This document shows, in pieces, positions 24,583 through 36,564 of a stretch of 64,000 nucleotides of DNA. The translations under genes were made by a program, and so were the position numbers. Numbering within the stretch: the first letter of the stretch is position 1; each line of letters starts with the position of its first letter. The stretch lies in NCBI RefSeq assembly GCF_009914755.1, contig NC_060935.1. One strand, 5' to 3'. Source of the stretch: the human T2T-CHM13v2.0 reference genome, Homo sapiens. The notes beneath the pieces were generated by a model, which ran no database searches, had not been told where the DNA came from, and worked only from the letters and a program-made list of their open reading frames with translations.

Positions 24583-26370
24583 GTATACACACAAGCATTT
24601 AAAATAATTTAAACCCCGTGTTTTGCTCTAAAAACAAGGCAACAATGAAAACAGACACAACCCCTTAACTTTCAAACATATAATCTAGATGGAGAAAGCT
24701 AGAAGAAACAGATATTGACACATAATTAGAAATACAGTAAGTGTGCCAGGAAGAGGCTATAGAGTTCTGTGAAAACATTTAAAGTGGGCCCTACCAAGTC
24801 TTCAAGGTCAGAGAAGGCCTCCCTAAAGAAGTGAAATTCAGTTTTAAAGCTAAATTTAAGTAGACATTTAAAAATGTATAGCTGTTTGTTTGTGACTGTC
24901 CAGCATTGGAATTCCTTCCAAATTGAGGACTCTGCCCCTGTGTGAGCCTTGGCTGAAGCAAGGACCCAGCCTCCTTCTGTGAAAGCACCCCAGAGAACAT
25001 CAGAGCTAGCTCAGCCAGTCAGATGTTCCCAGGCAGAACTCTTCAGTTTGGGGTGAGTGACAGAAAAAAAACAGGAGCAATTTATATTTCATTTTTGCAA
25101 AATCAAAAACAAAAATCTACCAATCAATAAAAATGTTAGGTACTAGTGGTGCCAACATGAACAATCGGTGCAGCCTAACCAGATAGTTGTGTGGTATAAC
25201 TTGGCTGAGATTCCACCTGTCTGGCTCCAAAAACTAGTTCCCTAGCCTGTTCTAAGATTCTATGAACTACCCCATTTATTGCTAATGAGCTCCCTTTTTT
25301 GCTAAAGTTAACCAGAATCAACTGCTTCTTGCAGCTAAGATCTCTGTCTACTGAAATAGGGACTGGTGGCTAAGGGGTCTGTGGGAAAGGAGTAGAGACA
25401 GGGAAAGCATCGCAGGCTGTGGGGCAATTTTTTCATCTCCCTATGTCGGGATAAGCACACGCCCCACAATCATCTGCACAGAGTGTGACAAACCCTCCTC
25501 AAAGTTTTGGTCTATTTTTAATGATTTTCCCCTTCCAGGGATATGTTTGGATGTGGTTTGGAAAATAAAGTAAACAAGCATCCCAGTTTCCAAAGACTGC
25601 TATTCTTCATACTCTTGCAAGAAAGTTCTTAAAACCTTCGATTCTTCAATGATTCCTTTTTTTTCTAAATAAGCTAAATTATGCTTGTCAGTGGAATGAA
25701 TATAAGCTTCTTTGCTGGCTAAACAGAAATGCATTTAACGAATTATCTGGCCAGGTTTTTTAATGGAATGTGGGCCATATGTAAATAAAATAAAAAGATG
25801 ATGTTCAACATCTAAGGAAGATCATGGCTCAATAACTACTTTTATTGATGAATGATAGCTAGTGTAAGTTTACATTAGTCAATGTTATGATGGTGTTCTG
25901 CTTTTTCATATGCTCTACATTCACTTTATTGGCTTGGAGATCCTTTATAAAATCAATACCTGGAATAACTTTTCGCACATCTTGTAAAATGTGAGAACAA
26001 TTTTGCTCTTAAAAATTATTATAAGCCATTATAGAAAGTATATCTTTAATTTTATAACAGGTTATTTTATACTAAATCTTTATTCAGAACATCTCCAGTT
26101 ATTATATTGTTACTATGGAAATTCACAATCTGCTTTATGACATAGTTTTAGAAATGTATTGCTATTAGTCTTGAATAACAAGTAGAAGGTTACCAGCAGA
26201 GAAAATCAGGAAAGCATTCTGAGCAAAAGGAACCACAAAAGGAAACAGAAAAGGTTATAAAGGAAAAAAACACTGCAAATTTTAGGAGTGCCAAGCGACA
26301 TAGAGAACAGAACAGCTGTATACAGGGCAAGGAGGGGTTGGAAATTGTGGACCGGGTTAATGATGAGAAA

Positions 26371-26873
26371 TGTAGAAAGAAAATAAAATGTCAGTACCTT
26401 CCAGATTCGTTATGCTAAGGGGAAAAGTTAAGCCCTGAAAGCTGACTCACTCATGTTAACATGACTGTTTTTCTTCTCTGCCGCATGACTGTTGCTTTCT
26501 GACTTTTGTGTTGAGATGTTATACGGTAACTAAACTCCCTGTTCTTTATTCAAACTAGACTAAATGACACTGGAAATAGAGACCCTTGTGACTGTTACCT
26601 CTTTACAATAACACGTAAAAAAATCCCCTTAGAGTGGAACCAATAGTAGTCAATCAAATCTTATATCTGTATGTTGCCTTTGCATGGGAAGTGTAACCTA
26701 TTCAGCACCTCCGTTTTCTTCTGTATAAATTTTCCTTATTTTTCACCACACCAGGAGCACAGATCACCATTCTTTGGTGTAGCTCTGCTCCCTGGACCAT
26801 GCCCTCATACTTTCCATTTTAATGAGCTTTCCTTAAATTAGATTCTGACCCTTTTGATTATCTTAGGTTGACA
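26371..26873 (+). mobile_element. MER4-group ERV1 solo LTR (subfamily not resolved)
   Basis: TG...CA ends; AAAATAAAA...ATGCTAAGGGGAAAAGTTAAGCC 5' signature; TATAAA; ...TTAGGTTGACA 3' end. Confidence 0.6.
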
Positions 26874-27776
26874 TAATTAATCATATCCCTTTCTGTCTGA
26901 GTCCAGAATCAATTGAAAAAATAGAGACAGCAGTCACACAGGAAAAAAAATGCCAGCTTTATTGCTGATAAAGTTAATTGGAAAACCCAGCTTGGATGTG
27001 CAATAGGACCTTGTAATTCTCTCAGTGCACACCATAGATTAAACTTGTGAATTTAGATCTAAACTGAGCTGGACAACAGTTGTCTTCACTACAAAGGAGA
27101 AAGGTTTCAAATGCAAGAGATGAGTGGGGGCCCTGAGAACATACCTATCCAACTAGGAAAAAAGAGGGAAAGGGTCTGTAGGAAGAAGGCTGGGCCACCC
27201 TGAACCACAAGTCCATTCTCCCAATTTCTCATCAGTCCTATAAATCACTCCTCTCCCTCAGCAGCTTCCTGATTTACCTTCTGGGACAGAAAGCCCCGCA
27301 TGCTGTAGAGAATGCGAGGTGCAAAGCATAAAGGAGACCAGAATCACAGTTTGGGCCCAGATCTGTTGTTACCACCATTTGGACTTGACTGTGGTCAATG
27401 GTGAGCAAGATGGGAGAGTGCTGACATCACCAAGCTGGCCTTCTGGCTTTTAGAAATGAGACAGATGGGACTGGAGACAAGAAACCCGAACTAGAATGGT
27501 GCAAGGGATATGCAGAATTTGACACCTCAGGATAAGAAAGGGAAAGCTACTTTTAGAATTTAGAAAAGGAATTTAGGATCATCAGATGAAATGTCACTGT
27601 TACAAAGTTCTTTGCAAAGAAGGAAACTATGCTTTCTGTGAGGCAAATAGAAACATTTGTCTTTCTACTGACCTGATAGCTATAAACACAACAAAGTAAA
27701 AACCATAATTTTGGTATATATATTTAATAATACAGAAAGCTGTTTACAACATTTTACACAATGAAAATAAAATTGC

Positions 27777-27926
27777 GGGTCAGGTGCAGTTGCTAATGCC
27801 TATAATCCCAACACTTTCAGAGACCAAGGCGAGAGGATCACTTGAGGCCCAGAGTTCAAGACCAGCCTTGGCAACATAGTGAGACTCCATCTCTACACAA
27901 AATTTAAAAGTCAATTAAAAAAAAAG
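27777..27926 (+). mobile_element. Alu left monomer (FLAM_C / AluJ-type)
   Basis: GCCTATAATCCCAACACTTT...GGATCACTTGAGGCCCAGAGTTCAAGACCAGCC...A tail; TSD AAAATTGC at 27769-27776 and 27927-27934. Confidence 0.85.
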
Positions 27927-27963
27927 AAAATTGCAAAAGGGAACTTAACATGATCATATCTTT

Positions 27964-28065
27964 GTATATATGTGTGTATGTGTGTATGTGTGTGTATGTG
28001 TATGTGTGTGTATGTGTGTGTGTATGTGTGTGTGTGTGTGTGTCTGTGTGTATGTGTATGTGTGT

Positions 28066-28120
<55 letters not shown>
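27964..28120. repeat. Long compound (TG)n/(TATG)n/(TA)n microsatellite
   Basis: About 155 bp of almost uninterrupted alternating purine-pyrimidine sequence, seen directly. Confidence 0.95.
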
Positions 28121-29569
28121 GTTTTTGCAAACTGGTCTTTGCCATTACAACTACACAGACATACCCAGAAAAATATACACCAAAATGCTAAAAGTGGTCA
28201 TATTTAGGTGCCAGGATTGTGGAATTTTTTTAAAGCTTTTGCTTATTGCTACATATTCCTTATGTCACATAGTCCTACAATAGTAAAACATGGCTTTTGC
28301 AAATTTAAGAAAAATAATTTTTAAAAATTAAAAAATACCACATAATTTCAGTATTTTAAGGTTTAAGGATTTCTTCAAAGTGTATTTAGCATCTTCTATA
28401 TCTAGCAGGCATTATCACCTGGCTGAAGTTGGGAATATAACCTCGATAAACATTTTCTAAATACACTATTGCATAATCCATATAACAGTAGATCAGTAGG
28501 TCTCAGATATGTTTATATTACTGATCCCTAATAATAATGACTGAGCTAATGCTCAGTGCATTAAATAAGGAGAAAAATCTTCAATGTCTTTATCTTAGCA
28601 TATTTTTTGACAAATTGTTTCAACTGAGAGTGAATGTAGGGACTTGTTCAGCTCAAAGGCAGCAAGAATTTGGACTTTGTACAAGGTGAAAATATATATG
28701 CATCACACGTGCTCCTTCTTGCACACCCAGACTGAGCCTTCTGGAAGGCAGCTAGTGTTGAAAGTGTGGGCGATTCTAGAGTCCTGCAGTCTAAATTCAA
28801 TTCTTTACTCCACCACTGACTATCTGTGCAATCTTAAGCAAGTACCTTAACTTTTTACAGCCTCGGTTTGCCCATTTATAAAACAGGGACAATTATCTCA
28901 CACATTTGTACAGGAGATTAAATGAGAACTTGTATCTAAAGTTCATAAGACAAATAAAGTCTCAAAAATGTTATTATTAGGGTTTGAAGAACTCATGTCC
29001 CTTGAATATTAAATTATTATCTATATGTCCACATTCATTCTCAGATCAGGGTAGTATGGAAAATTTTTAAAAAGGGAAGAAGCAGGAAAGGAAGATATTG
29101 CAAAATATTACAAGAATGAAAGAAGCAAATGGGACAAGTAGTCATGTCTTTAAGGAGGCCAGACAGAATGGCATTTACAACCAAATTGTGTGGGTAAAAG
29201 TCTCAGGGCTTTTTTTCTTCCACCTCAGGGTGATTTTCTTCTCATCTAGTCCAATCAGTTACTCATAGGAACTGGAAGAAGCTGTCATGTGAGGAGGTAA
29301 AAAGTGGTAAGAAAAGGGCCACAAGTGACACTTAGGAATCACTGGCTTTGGCCACAGAGTTTTGGCCCATTCACAGACAGCAAGTCCATTATTTGCCCAT
29401 AGACAGGTGTATTCAGAGGGACAAATATGTAAATGCTATTTTACAGACATGAATGTTCTTCCATTGAATATCTGCGCACAGAATGACATTAAATATAGCT
29501 CATCTCACCTTCCACTCATCTCTTAGTTGTAAATGCCATCAGTCTCTAAACAGAACCAATGCTGGGCAG

Positions 29570-30030
29570 GGAACGGGCAGCAAGAACCTGAAATGTACCA
29601 TTTTGCCAGACAGTGATAAAGTGCTCAAAATCTGATGGTGCTATATTAAAAGGACACAGAAATCAGTGTGAAGTGGCTTCCACTGGCCAAGTCAGGGACA
29701 AATTGAGCATCAGAGTAAACAATGATGATAATGAATCATAACCAATTAGATAAAATTAGAAAGCATGAGTCCATAATGACATAAATGAATGAACAAACTG
29801 ATGAGAAGAAACAGCTCTTAACAGAAGGCCCACTAACAAATAAAGGAAGACTGATGGAATTAGAAAATCTTCATTTTTTAGGCATTAGAGTAATAATTGA
29901 TTCAGGCAATAACTGATCATTAATAGATGCTAAAACCAAGGTGTGAAAGTTTGAAAAGGAACAAAATATTGGCATAGTCTCAAAACATCTCCCTATAATG
30001 TACTGTGAATTGCAAAAGAAAAAGTGGCAG
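29570..30030 (+). mobile_element. L1MD-like 3' region fragment
   Basis: AAAGGACACAGAAATCAGTGTGAAGTGGCTTCCACTGGCCAA...GGGACAAATTGAGCATCA...GTAATAATTGATTCAGGCAA. Boundaries approximate. Confidence 0.55.
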
Positions 30031-32297
30031 TCTTTGCCATTCAAATGACTGAGGAACTTAGTTACAAAAAAACTCTGTATTATCAAATGTCCCAGAAGCA
30101 ATTCTGGGAAGACATAAAACATACTCATTTGTGAGAATTTCTTTTTAAAAAAGGAGGAAGATTTGTTCTGAGAAAGCAGTATTGTGCCCTGCAAAGACAG
30201 CAAAGATGAATCAGGCTATGGTCTTGGTGGCTTTTTTCTAAGTATATTCATCTTTTCAAGGCGAGTGTTCAGGCAAGTATTCTGAGGAAAATGAGAGCTC
30301 CATGCGTGAATGATTCATTTTCTCATCATGCAAATTTTTCTTCTATGTGTTATCGCTGGAATATCAATTTAAATGGAGAGTACAAAATGAATGCTCAATT
30401 GCTGATATTTTATAAAATCCTTCAAAGCCACATGTTCAATTGAATAAAGATTTAGAGCTTAAGTCACCTATTTTATATTATGCTATACATTTTACCATAT
30501 AAAGGGGCGGAAAGTTGAGATTTACAAAACTAAGGGAGGGACTAGTTTCTACTACAGCCTCCAGGTGACATGAGCCTAAAGTTGGAGATCTTGAGTGAAC
30601 AGGAAGAATATGATGAGGGGACCAGGGTGATGGACATATGTTCATCAATGTGGTGAAAGAAAGGAATGTGTCGCCAGAAGGATGAAAACAGGAAAGCCTC
30701 TTTAGTAAGGCAGCTTCTAAAACTGCTAGACACTCCATTCTTGTATCCAATAAATATTTGCTAAATTCCTACTCTATATGTGCCAGACACTGTGCTAGGT
30801 ATGGAGGATATAGCAAAATAGACACCGGGGACCTTGCCTGTACAACACTCACAGTCTAATTTGTGGTGGAAGTGGATATGGAAAAGTAAGCAACAGTCCC
30901 ACATGGTCTGGCACTTACTAGGTTATGTGCCATGTGCTGTGAAAGCACAGAGAAGCAGCACTGAAACCCAAGAGGAAGACAGGAGGAAGATATTCCAGAA
31001 GGAGACCTCATATTTATACATTACCTCAAAAGCCAAGGGTGTCTGCCCTTCCTCTGATTAAACTGATCACCAGAAATATGGTCAAGCCAAGAAAAAGCCG
31101 TTTAAGAAATAAGGCGAGTTTATATGGAAGGAAATGTAGAAGGAAAAAAAACATTTTCAGTGTTGCTCCCTGTTTTCTTTATCGATCCAGATACAAGTCG
31201 TTGATGAAATAAAGTAGGAGGAAAAAAGATGTAAAAAGGAGGAGACAATAATATAAACACTATCATCACCAAAACTAAAAGTAACATGTTCCTATGAGCA
31301 GTGCCCTGACTAGGACAGAACCTGGCCAAGAGTGGATTTTCCAGATATGTTTATTCTGGTAATGAGAGTGCACATTGAGTTAAACTTTCAAGAAGGATTT
31401 TTGCAACCAAATTCAAGAATCTTGTGCAATTCATTCAGTCTCTGTCTAGGAATGTATCCAAAGTATGGGGAAAACTCAAAGAGTTGCTGAGTAAGTGTGT
31501 TAAACAAGTATTATTTATAATTTGGAAAAATGGAAATAACCTAATGTATAGTAGTAGAAAATTGTTAATTACGTTTAATACATCCATAGGATGGAATTTT
31601 GTGCAATCTTGAAAATTGAGTTGGAGGCAATAGATCAGAACGAACACATTCTTGCTGTGGGCTGTGTCTTTCTTGGGGTGTACACTTTTTCAGCCAGAGC
31701 TAAAGCTCCCTGTTTTCACATCATTACTTTCTCTCCCCCCACTTTTTTCCTAACCACAACCCTTCATATACATTTGTAGGCTTTTCTCTCCATTTATTTA
31801 TCTTAGTAACAAACCCTAATTCATTCCTCTTCTAATTAATTTTCATACTGGATATATTTCAAAGTAGGTTTTCATGACTTTGGAAACAAATTAAAAAACT
31901 GTGTGTATGTATGTGCAGGCACACACAACTTGTACATGTAGTGACTATGTAAAAATATACAGCTAACAGGCAACGATGATAACCCCTAGAAAAGAAGAGG
32001 ACTGCATGACAAGAAAACTGAAGTAAAAGGAGGCTTCCTTTCACTGATTATTCTTTGGTACTAGTTTTAATATCATAAACATTGTCTTAGTCTGTTCAGC
32101 CCACTGTAACAAAACTACACACCAGGTGGCTTTTAAACAGCAGGAATTTATTTCTCATGGTTCCAGAGGCTGAGAAGTCCAAGATTAAGGCAGCAGCAGA
32201 TTCCGTGTCTGGTGAGAGCCCGCTTTCTGCCTCATAGACAGAGCCTTCTTGTTTTGTTCTTACATGGTAGAAGAGGTGGGGGAGGTCTCTCTCAGAC

Positions 32298-32299
<2 letters not shown>

Positions 32300-32347
<48 letters not shown>

Positions 32348-32360
32348 CGTGCGTGCGTGC
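32300..32360. repeat. (TG)20(CG)5(TGCG)n alternating purine-pyrimidine tract
   Basis: Seen directly. Confidence 0.95.
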
Positions 32361-32393
32361 TGGGATTACAGGCGTGAGCCACCGCACCCAGCC
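32357..32393 (-). mobile_element. Alu 5'-terminal remnant (37 bp)
   Basis: GTGCTGGGATTACAGGCGTGAGCCACCGCACCCAGCC is the reverse complement of the first 37 nt of Alu. Confidence 0.85.
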
Positions 32394-33897
32394 TCAGGAC
32401 TCTTTTATAAGGACACTAACCTCATTCATGAGGGCCCCACCCTCATTACCTAATCACCTCCCAAAGACCCCACCTCCTTTCAACATCCGTCATTTCAAAA
32501 TCTGATTCTGAGGGGACACAAGTGTTCAGCCTATAGCAAATGTATTATCTGGTCAATATATAAATAAATATATCTTGTAAATGGAATGTAGAAATAATCT
32601 GATAGAACATGATCATTTTCATATAAGCAAGCATAGACCCAGAAAAATGAAGCAATTGTCCCAAGGTCACATAATAAATTAGTGCAAGTGCTGATATTAA
32701 AAGGAAAAGGATCTGGCAGGGACAGAAACAAATTTACCGAGAATCTGGCATCTAATTCACTTAATACCTCTGAGAAAAACGTTTTTAAAGATGAAGAAAT
32801 TGATGTTCAGAGACATCATGTAATGCTAAAGGCAACACAGCTGAGGAGAAGCTCAGGTTCAAATTTGATTCTACCATCCAACTCTCTGGGCTCTGCTCTT
32901 TTTGAGTCTTTATGCTGCTCTGCCCCTCTCAATCCCATAGTCAGCTAAATTCTGTGTTGTTTATCTAGTCCATGCTGTCCAAGACACAATCCCTCATTCT
33001 TTTGAATTCACCCTTATTAATCTGCACCATCCCAAAGGGCAACACTCTACATCCATCCAAACTTTACTTTTTCTAAATAGAAGAGAATCTTCCTAAAGAG
33101 AGACTCGTAAGTCAACACATTTTCACAGCATTTCACATATCATTGTTTCACAAAGAAATCTACTATTTATAATCTTTTTAAACTGAAAAGCTACTCTACC
33201 TTCCTTTATACAGTACCATTAGGCTGTGGGCTTATAAACCTGAGCCATATCATTTCTCCCACCCTTTATTGGAAGGTGCAGCAGTCAGGGTTTCTGCAAA
33301 AATCAGATGATCCACATAAATACAGTAATTGAAAATACAATAAAGAAACTATCTGCATTTGTTTAAGCAAAAGTGGTTGAGAGAAACCACAAAGAGATGG
33401 TCAAGCTCTCTGGGTTAGCAACAGCAGGGAGACATTATCACTCCTTGGCATGAAGAGACGAGGGAGGGGGCAGTTATTATAACCCAGTAAGAAATGAGGC
33501 ATTCAGTTACTGCCACTGTTGCCCAGCTAGGAGGAAGTCAGGGAAATAAATAGCATAATATCACACTCCTCCTACCCTCTGATTTCCTCTGCTGATGTTG
33601 CCATTGGTCTAACCCAACTGAAACCAGAGGGCAAGGGGACCAGTTAAGGAATACCTCCCAGGATTCGGCGTGAGGCGCCAAGGGGCAGAAAGTTGATCTG
33701 TGAAACCATGCAAAAAGTACCCCACATGGTTTCTGCTGCATGCAGCATTATACCATTCAGTGGTCATTCCCTCCACTGACTGACTGCTGTGTGGATCTCA
33801 CCTGACTACTGACTTGTAACACAAGGCTCTCTGTGGTTCTGAAATATTCTCCAGATCCATAACTGACCACCCTAGGCGGTGGACTTCTCCATCTTGA

Positions 33898-34069
<172 letters not shown>

Positions 34070-34820
34070 CCATCTTGACTTTTGAAAACAGGGCAATGAT
34101 TGTATGTGATTGCATGTGAAATAATTCCCAAATTCTGTTCTTCATAACCTTGACATTTTCTATAAGTTCTTCCACCCAGCATCACTAAAACCCTTCAAGT
34201 CCAAGTCCCTGAAGCTCCACCCCACTGTCTTAAGAGGTACCATACATGCTGCTCCCTGGGTCCTAACACACTTCCCCTGCACCTTCTTCAAAATGCTTCA
34301 AGAATTTCCCTGGTCATTTGGCCAAGGCCATCTCAACAAAAAATTCTATATACTTCCTACCTACTTGCAAAAATGCGACATTTAAAATTAGCCTTTGAAA
34401 AGTTGCATGTAATTTCTGAGGACAGAATCAGATTTTAACATCCTAGGCCAGCTCACATTTGAAATGAAATCTTCCAGAGGCTGAGGGAGGAAGAAAGTGA
34501 GCCATAATGAAAAGCAGCCAGTACTGGAAATAAAGAGCCTGGATTTTAGTCGCAGTTCCACTGCTGAGCAGCTGAGCGACCTCGGGGAAGGTACATAAGC
34601 TTGAGTCTATCCTCAGAAATAGCGGGGAACTGAGTGAAATGATCCTCAAGACTTACTGTGTGAGTATTCAAAGCTCTTAAGAATGTTTGTAAATTAAAGA
34701 ACCCTTAAAATGGGGATGATGAACCTGTTTGAGGAAAAATTATATTTCTTCCATGTAACCAGTGGAGTCCAAATCACTTATGGGAGAAACAGTGTTTCTT
34801 TCCTGAGCATTGCCCTTTTC

Positions 34821-35756
34821 TCAGGAGAATGCATTTTTGTTCAAGATTTTCTTTAGAGCAACTTTGACGTCCTTATTCCTCAGGCTATAAATTAATGGGT
34901 TGAGCATGGGCACCACAGTGGTATAGAATAGGGAAGACACCTTGCCCTGGTTCATAGCTAAAAGAGAAAAGGGTTTGAGGTACATGAATGCTCCTGACCC
35001 AAAGAACAGAGAAACTGCAATTATGTGGGAGCTGCAGGTGCTGAAGGCTTTGGACCTGCCCTCCGTGGAATCAATGTGGAAGATGCTGGAGAGAATGAGA
35101 GCATAGGAAATGAAGATGGTGACTGTGGGCACACCAATATCAATGCCCACAACAACAAACACTACAAGCTCATTCACATAGGTGCTGGTGCAAGCACACT
35201 CAAGAAGGGGAAGGATGTCACACATGTAGTGGTTGACAAGGTTATTGGCACAGAAGGTCACACCCATCATGCACGCTGTGTGGGCCATGGCCCCAGCAAA
35301 CCCCATCCCATAGACACCCAACAAAAGGAGAAAACACACCTGGGGAGACATGGTGACCATGTACAACAGTGGGTTACAGATGGCCACATAGCGGTCATAC
35401 GCCATTGCTGACAGGATGAAGGACTCAGAGACAACAAAGAAAAGAAAGAAGAAGAGCTGAGTCATACACCCTGCGTAGGAGATGCTGTTCTTCTTTAAGA
35501 CAAAGCTCATCAGCATTTTGGGAGTGATAACACTGGAATAGCAGAAATCTATGAAGGACAAGTTATAGAGGAAGAAGTACATAGGGGTGTGCAAGTGAGA
35601 GTTGAGCCTTATCAGGGTTATCAAGCCCAGGTTCCCCACCACAGTGACCACGTAGAAGCCTAGAAACAGGAAGAAGAGGGGGATCTGGACTCCCGGTTGG
35701 TCAGTTAAGCCTGCGAGGATAAACTGTGTCACGAAGGAGGAATTCTCAGCAGCCAT
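34821..35756 (-). CDS. OR8B8: Olfactory receptor family 8 subfamily B member 8 (311 aa from the Kozak-favourable ATG; an in-frame ATG 6 nt upstream at 35762 gives 313 aa)
   Basis: Intact ORF with all canonical OR motifs (NSS, LHTPMY, MAYDRYVAICNPLLY, KAFSTCSSH, PMLNPLIYSLRNKDV). MAAENSSFVTQFILAGLTDQ recognised as OR8B8. ACAATGG context at the second ATG. Confidence 0.94.
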   Translation of the reverse strand: MAAENSSFVTQFILAGLTDQPGVQIPLFFLFLGFYVVTVVGNLGLITLIRLNSHLHTPMYFFLYNLSFIDFCYSSVITPKMLMSFVLKKNSISYAGCMTQLFFFLFFVVSESFILSAMAYDRYVAICNPLLYMVTMSPQVCFLLLLGVYGMGFAGAMAHTACMMGVTFCANNLVNHYMCDILPLLECACTSTYVNELVVFVVVGIDIGVPTVTIFISYALILSSIFHIDSTEGRSKAFSTCSSHIIAVSLFFGSGAFMYLKPFSLLAMNQGKVSSLFYTTVVPMLNPLIYSLRNKDVKVALKKILNKNAFS

Positions 35757-35772
35757 TGTCATTTAAGGCATT

Positions 35773-35813
35773 CTGTGGGGACAAGGGAAAAAGTTATTTA
35801 GAGAGAGAGAGAG
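35773..35813 (-). promoter_or_regulatory. 3' splice acceptor of the OR8B8 coding exon
   Basis: Minus strand reads tctctctctctctaaataactttttcccttgtccccacag|AATGCCTTAAATGACAATGG; AG at 35774-35773. Confidence 0.75.
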
Positions 35814-36517
35814 ACCACTGCTGCCCTCCCAGTCATCCCTCCTTCCTTCTTGAGAATAGGAGGCACACAGAGAGATTTTGAACTTCAGCAGAGGGGGCTT
35901 TGCTGCGGCTCCCTCTGGAGCAAGCCCCGCCTCCATGGCCAGGGCAGGTGCTGCTGGCAAGGCCTCCCATCTTTACTTTGATCCCTTTGTTGCGCCCTTT
36001 CAACTCCAGTTTCTACTTAAGTTTACAGAAACTGGGGCCAGTCTCCAGGAAGAGTCCTCTTAGAGGCCGGACCCAGCCCGCCTGTGCCTGGAGAGTTAGG
36101 GTTAGGGTCATCCTGGACAGAGCAGAAGGGTAGAGTGGACTTCCCAGAGCTTTAGTACCTGAGACTGGGGACTCGGGAAAAGTTCGGACTGCTCATCCGG
36201 ATTCAGCCTCTCATCCTCTTCAGCCCAGAGTTTCAGTGATGTGCCTTTAGGTCCAGCTCTTATCTTCACTTGTTCAGACAGATTGGCTGCGGAGCTATCA
36301 CAGATGAAAGACTAAGCACCAGCCCGCTAGGCCCTATCCCGATGGCAGCACTGGAGCCTCGGCTGCCTCAGAACTCTTTCTGAGCTACAGTACGTGACAT
36401 CTGATGGAGGCTGTGCCCTGAGGCCTTCCTCCAGCTTGCAGAAAGGCGACAGCATCCTTACCATTATCAGTGACAGCCAATGACAGGAGACTGAGCAGTT
36501 TTATTCTGAGTTTGGAT

Positions 36518-36564
36518 ATCTGGGGAACTGATTAGAAGTAGAGCAGCAGAAGTTCCCCTGGGAT
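36518..36564 (-). promoter_or_regulatory. Paralogous homeodomain plus O/E cassette upstream of OR8B8
   Basis: Minus strand CTAATCAGTTCCCCAGAT (36535-36518) plus TTCCCCTGGGAT (36553-36564), ~770 bp upstream of the ATG. Confidence 0.5.

Larger units (their letters stand above)
32083..32538 (-). mobile_element. MLT1A-type MaLR solo LTR interrupted by an Alu remnant and microsatellite
   Basis: TGTCTTAGTCTGTT...GAGGCTGAGAAGTCCAAGAT...TTTTATAAGGACACTAA...CCTAATCACCTCCCAAAG...CTATAGCA. Flanks AACAT/AATGT are consistent with a CpG-decayed AACGT TSD. Confidence 0.85.

Noticed and set aside
27950-28207. Cys/Val- and His/Thr-rich ORFs
   Set aside because: Translations of the (TG)n microsatellite.
36094-36107. 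TTAGGGTTAGGG telomeric repeat
   Set aside because: Only two units; expected by chance.
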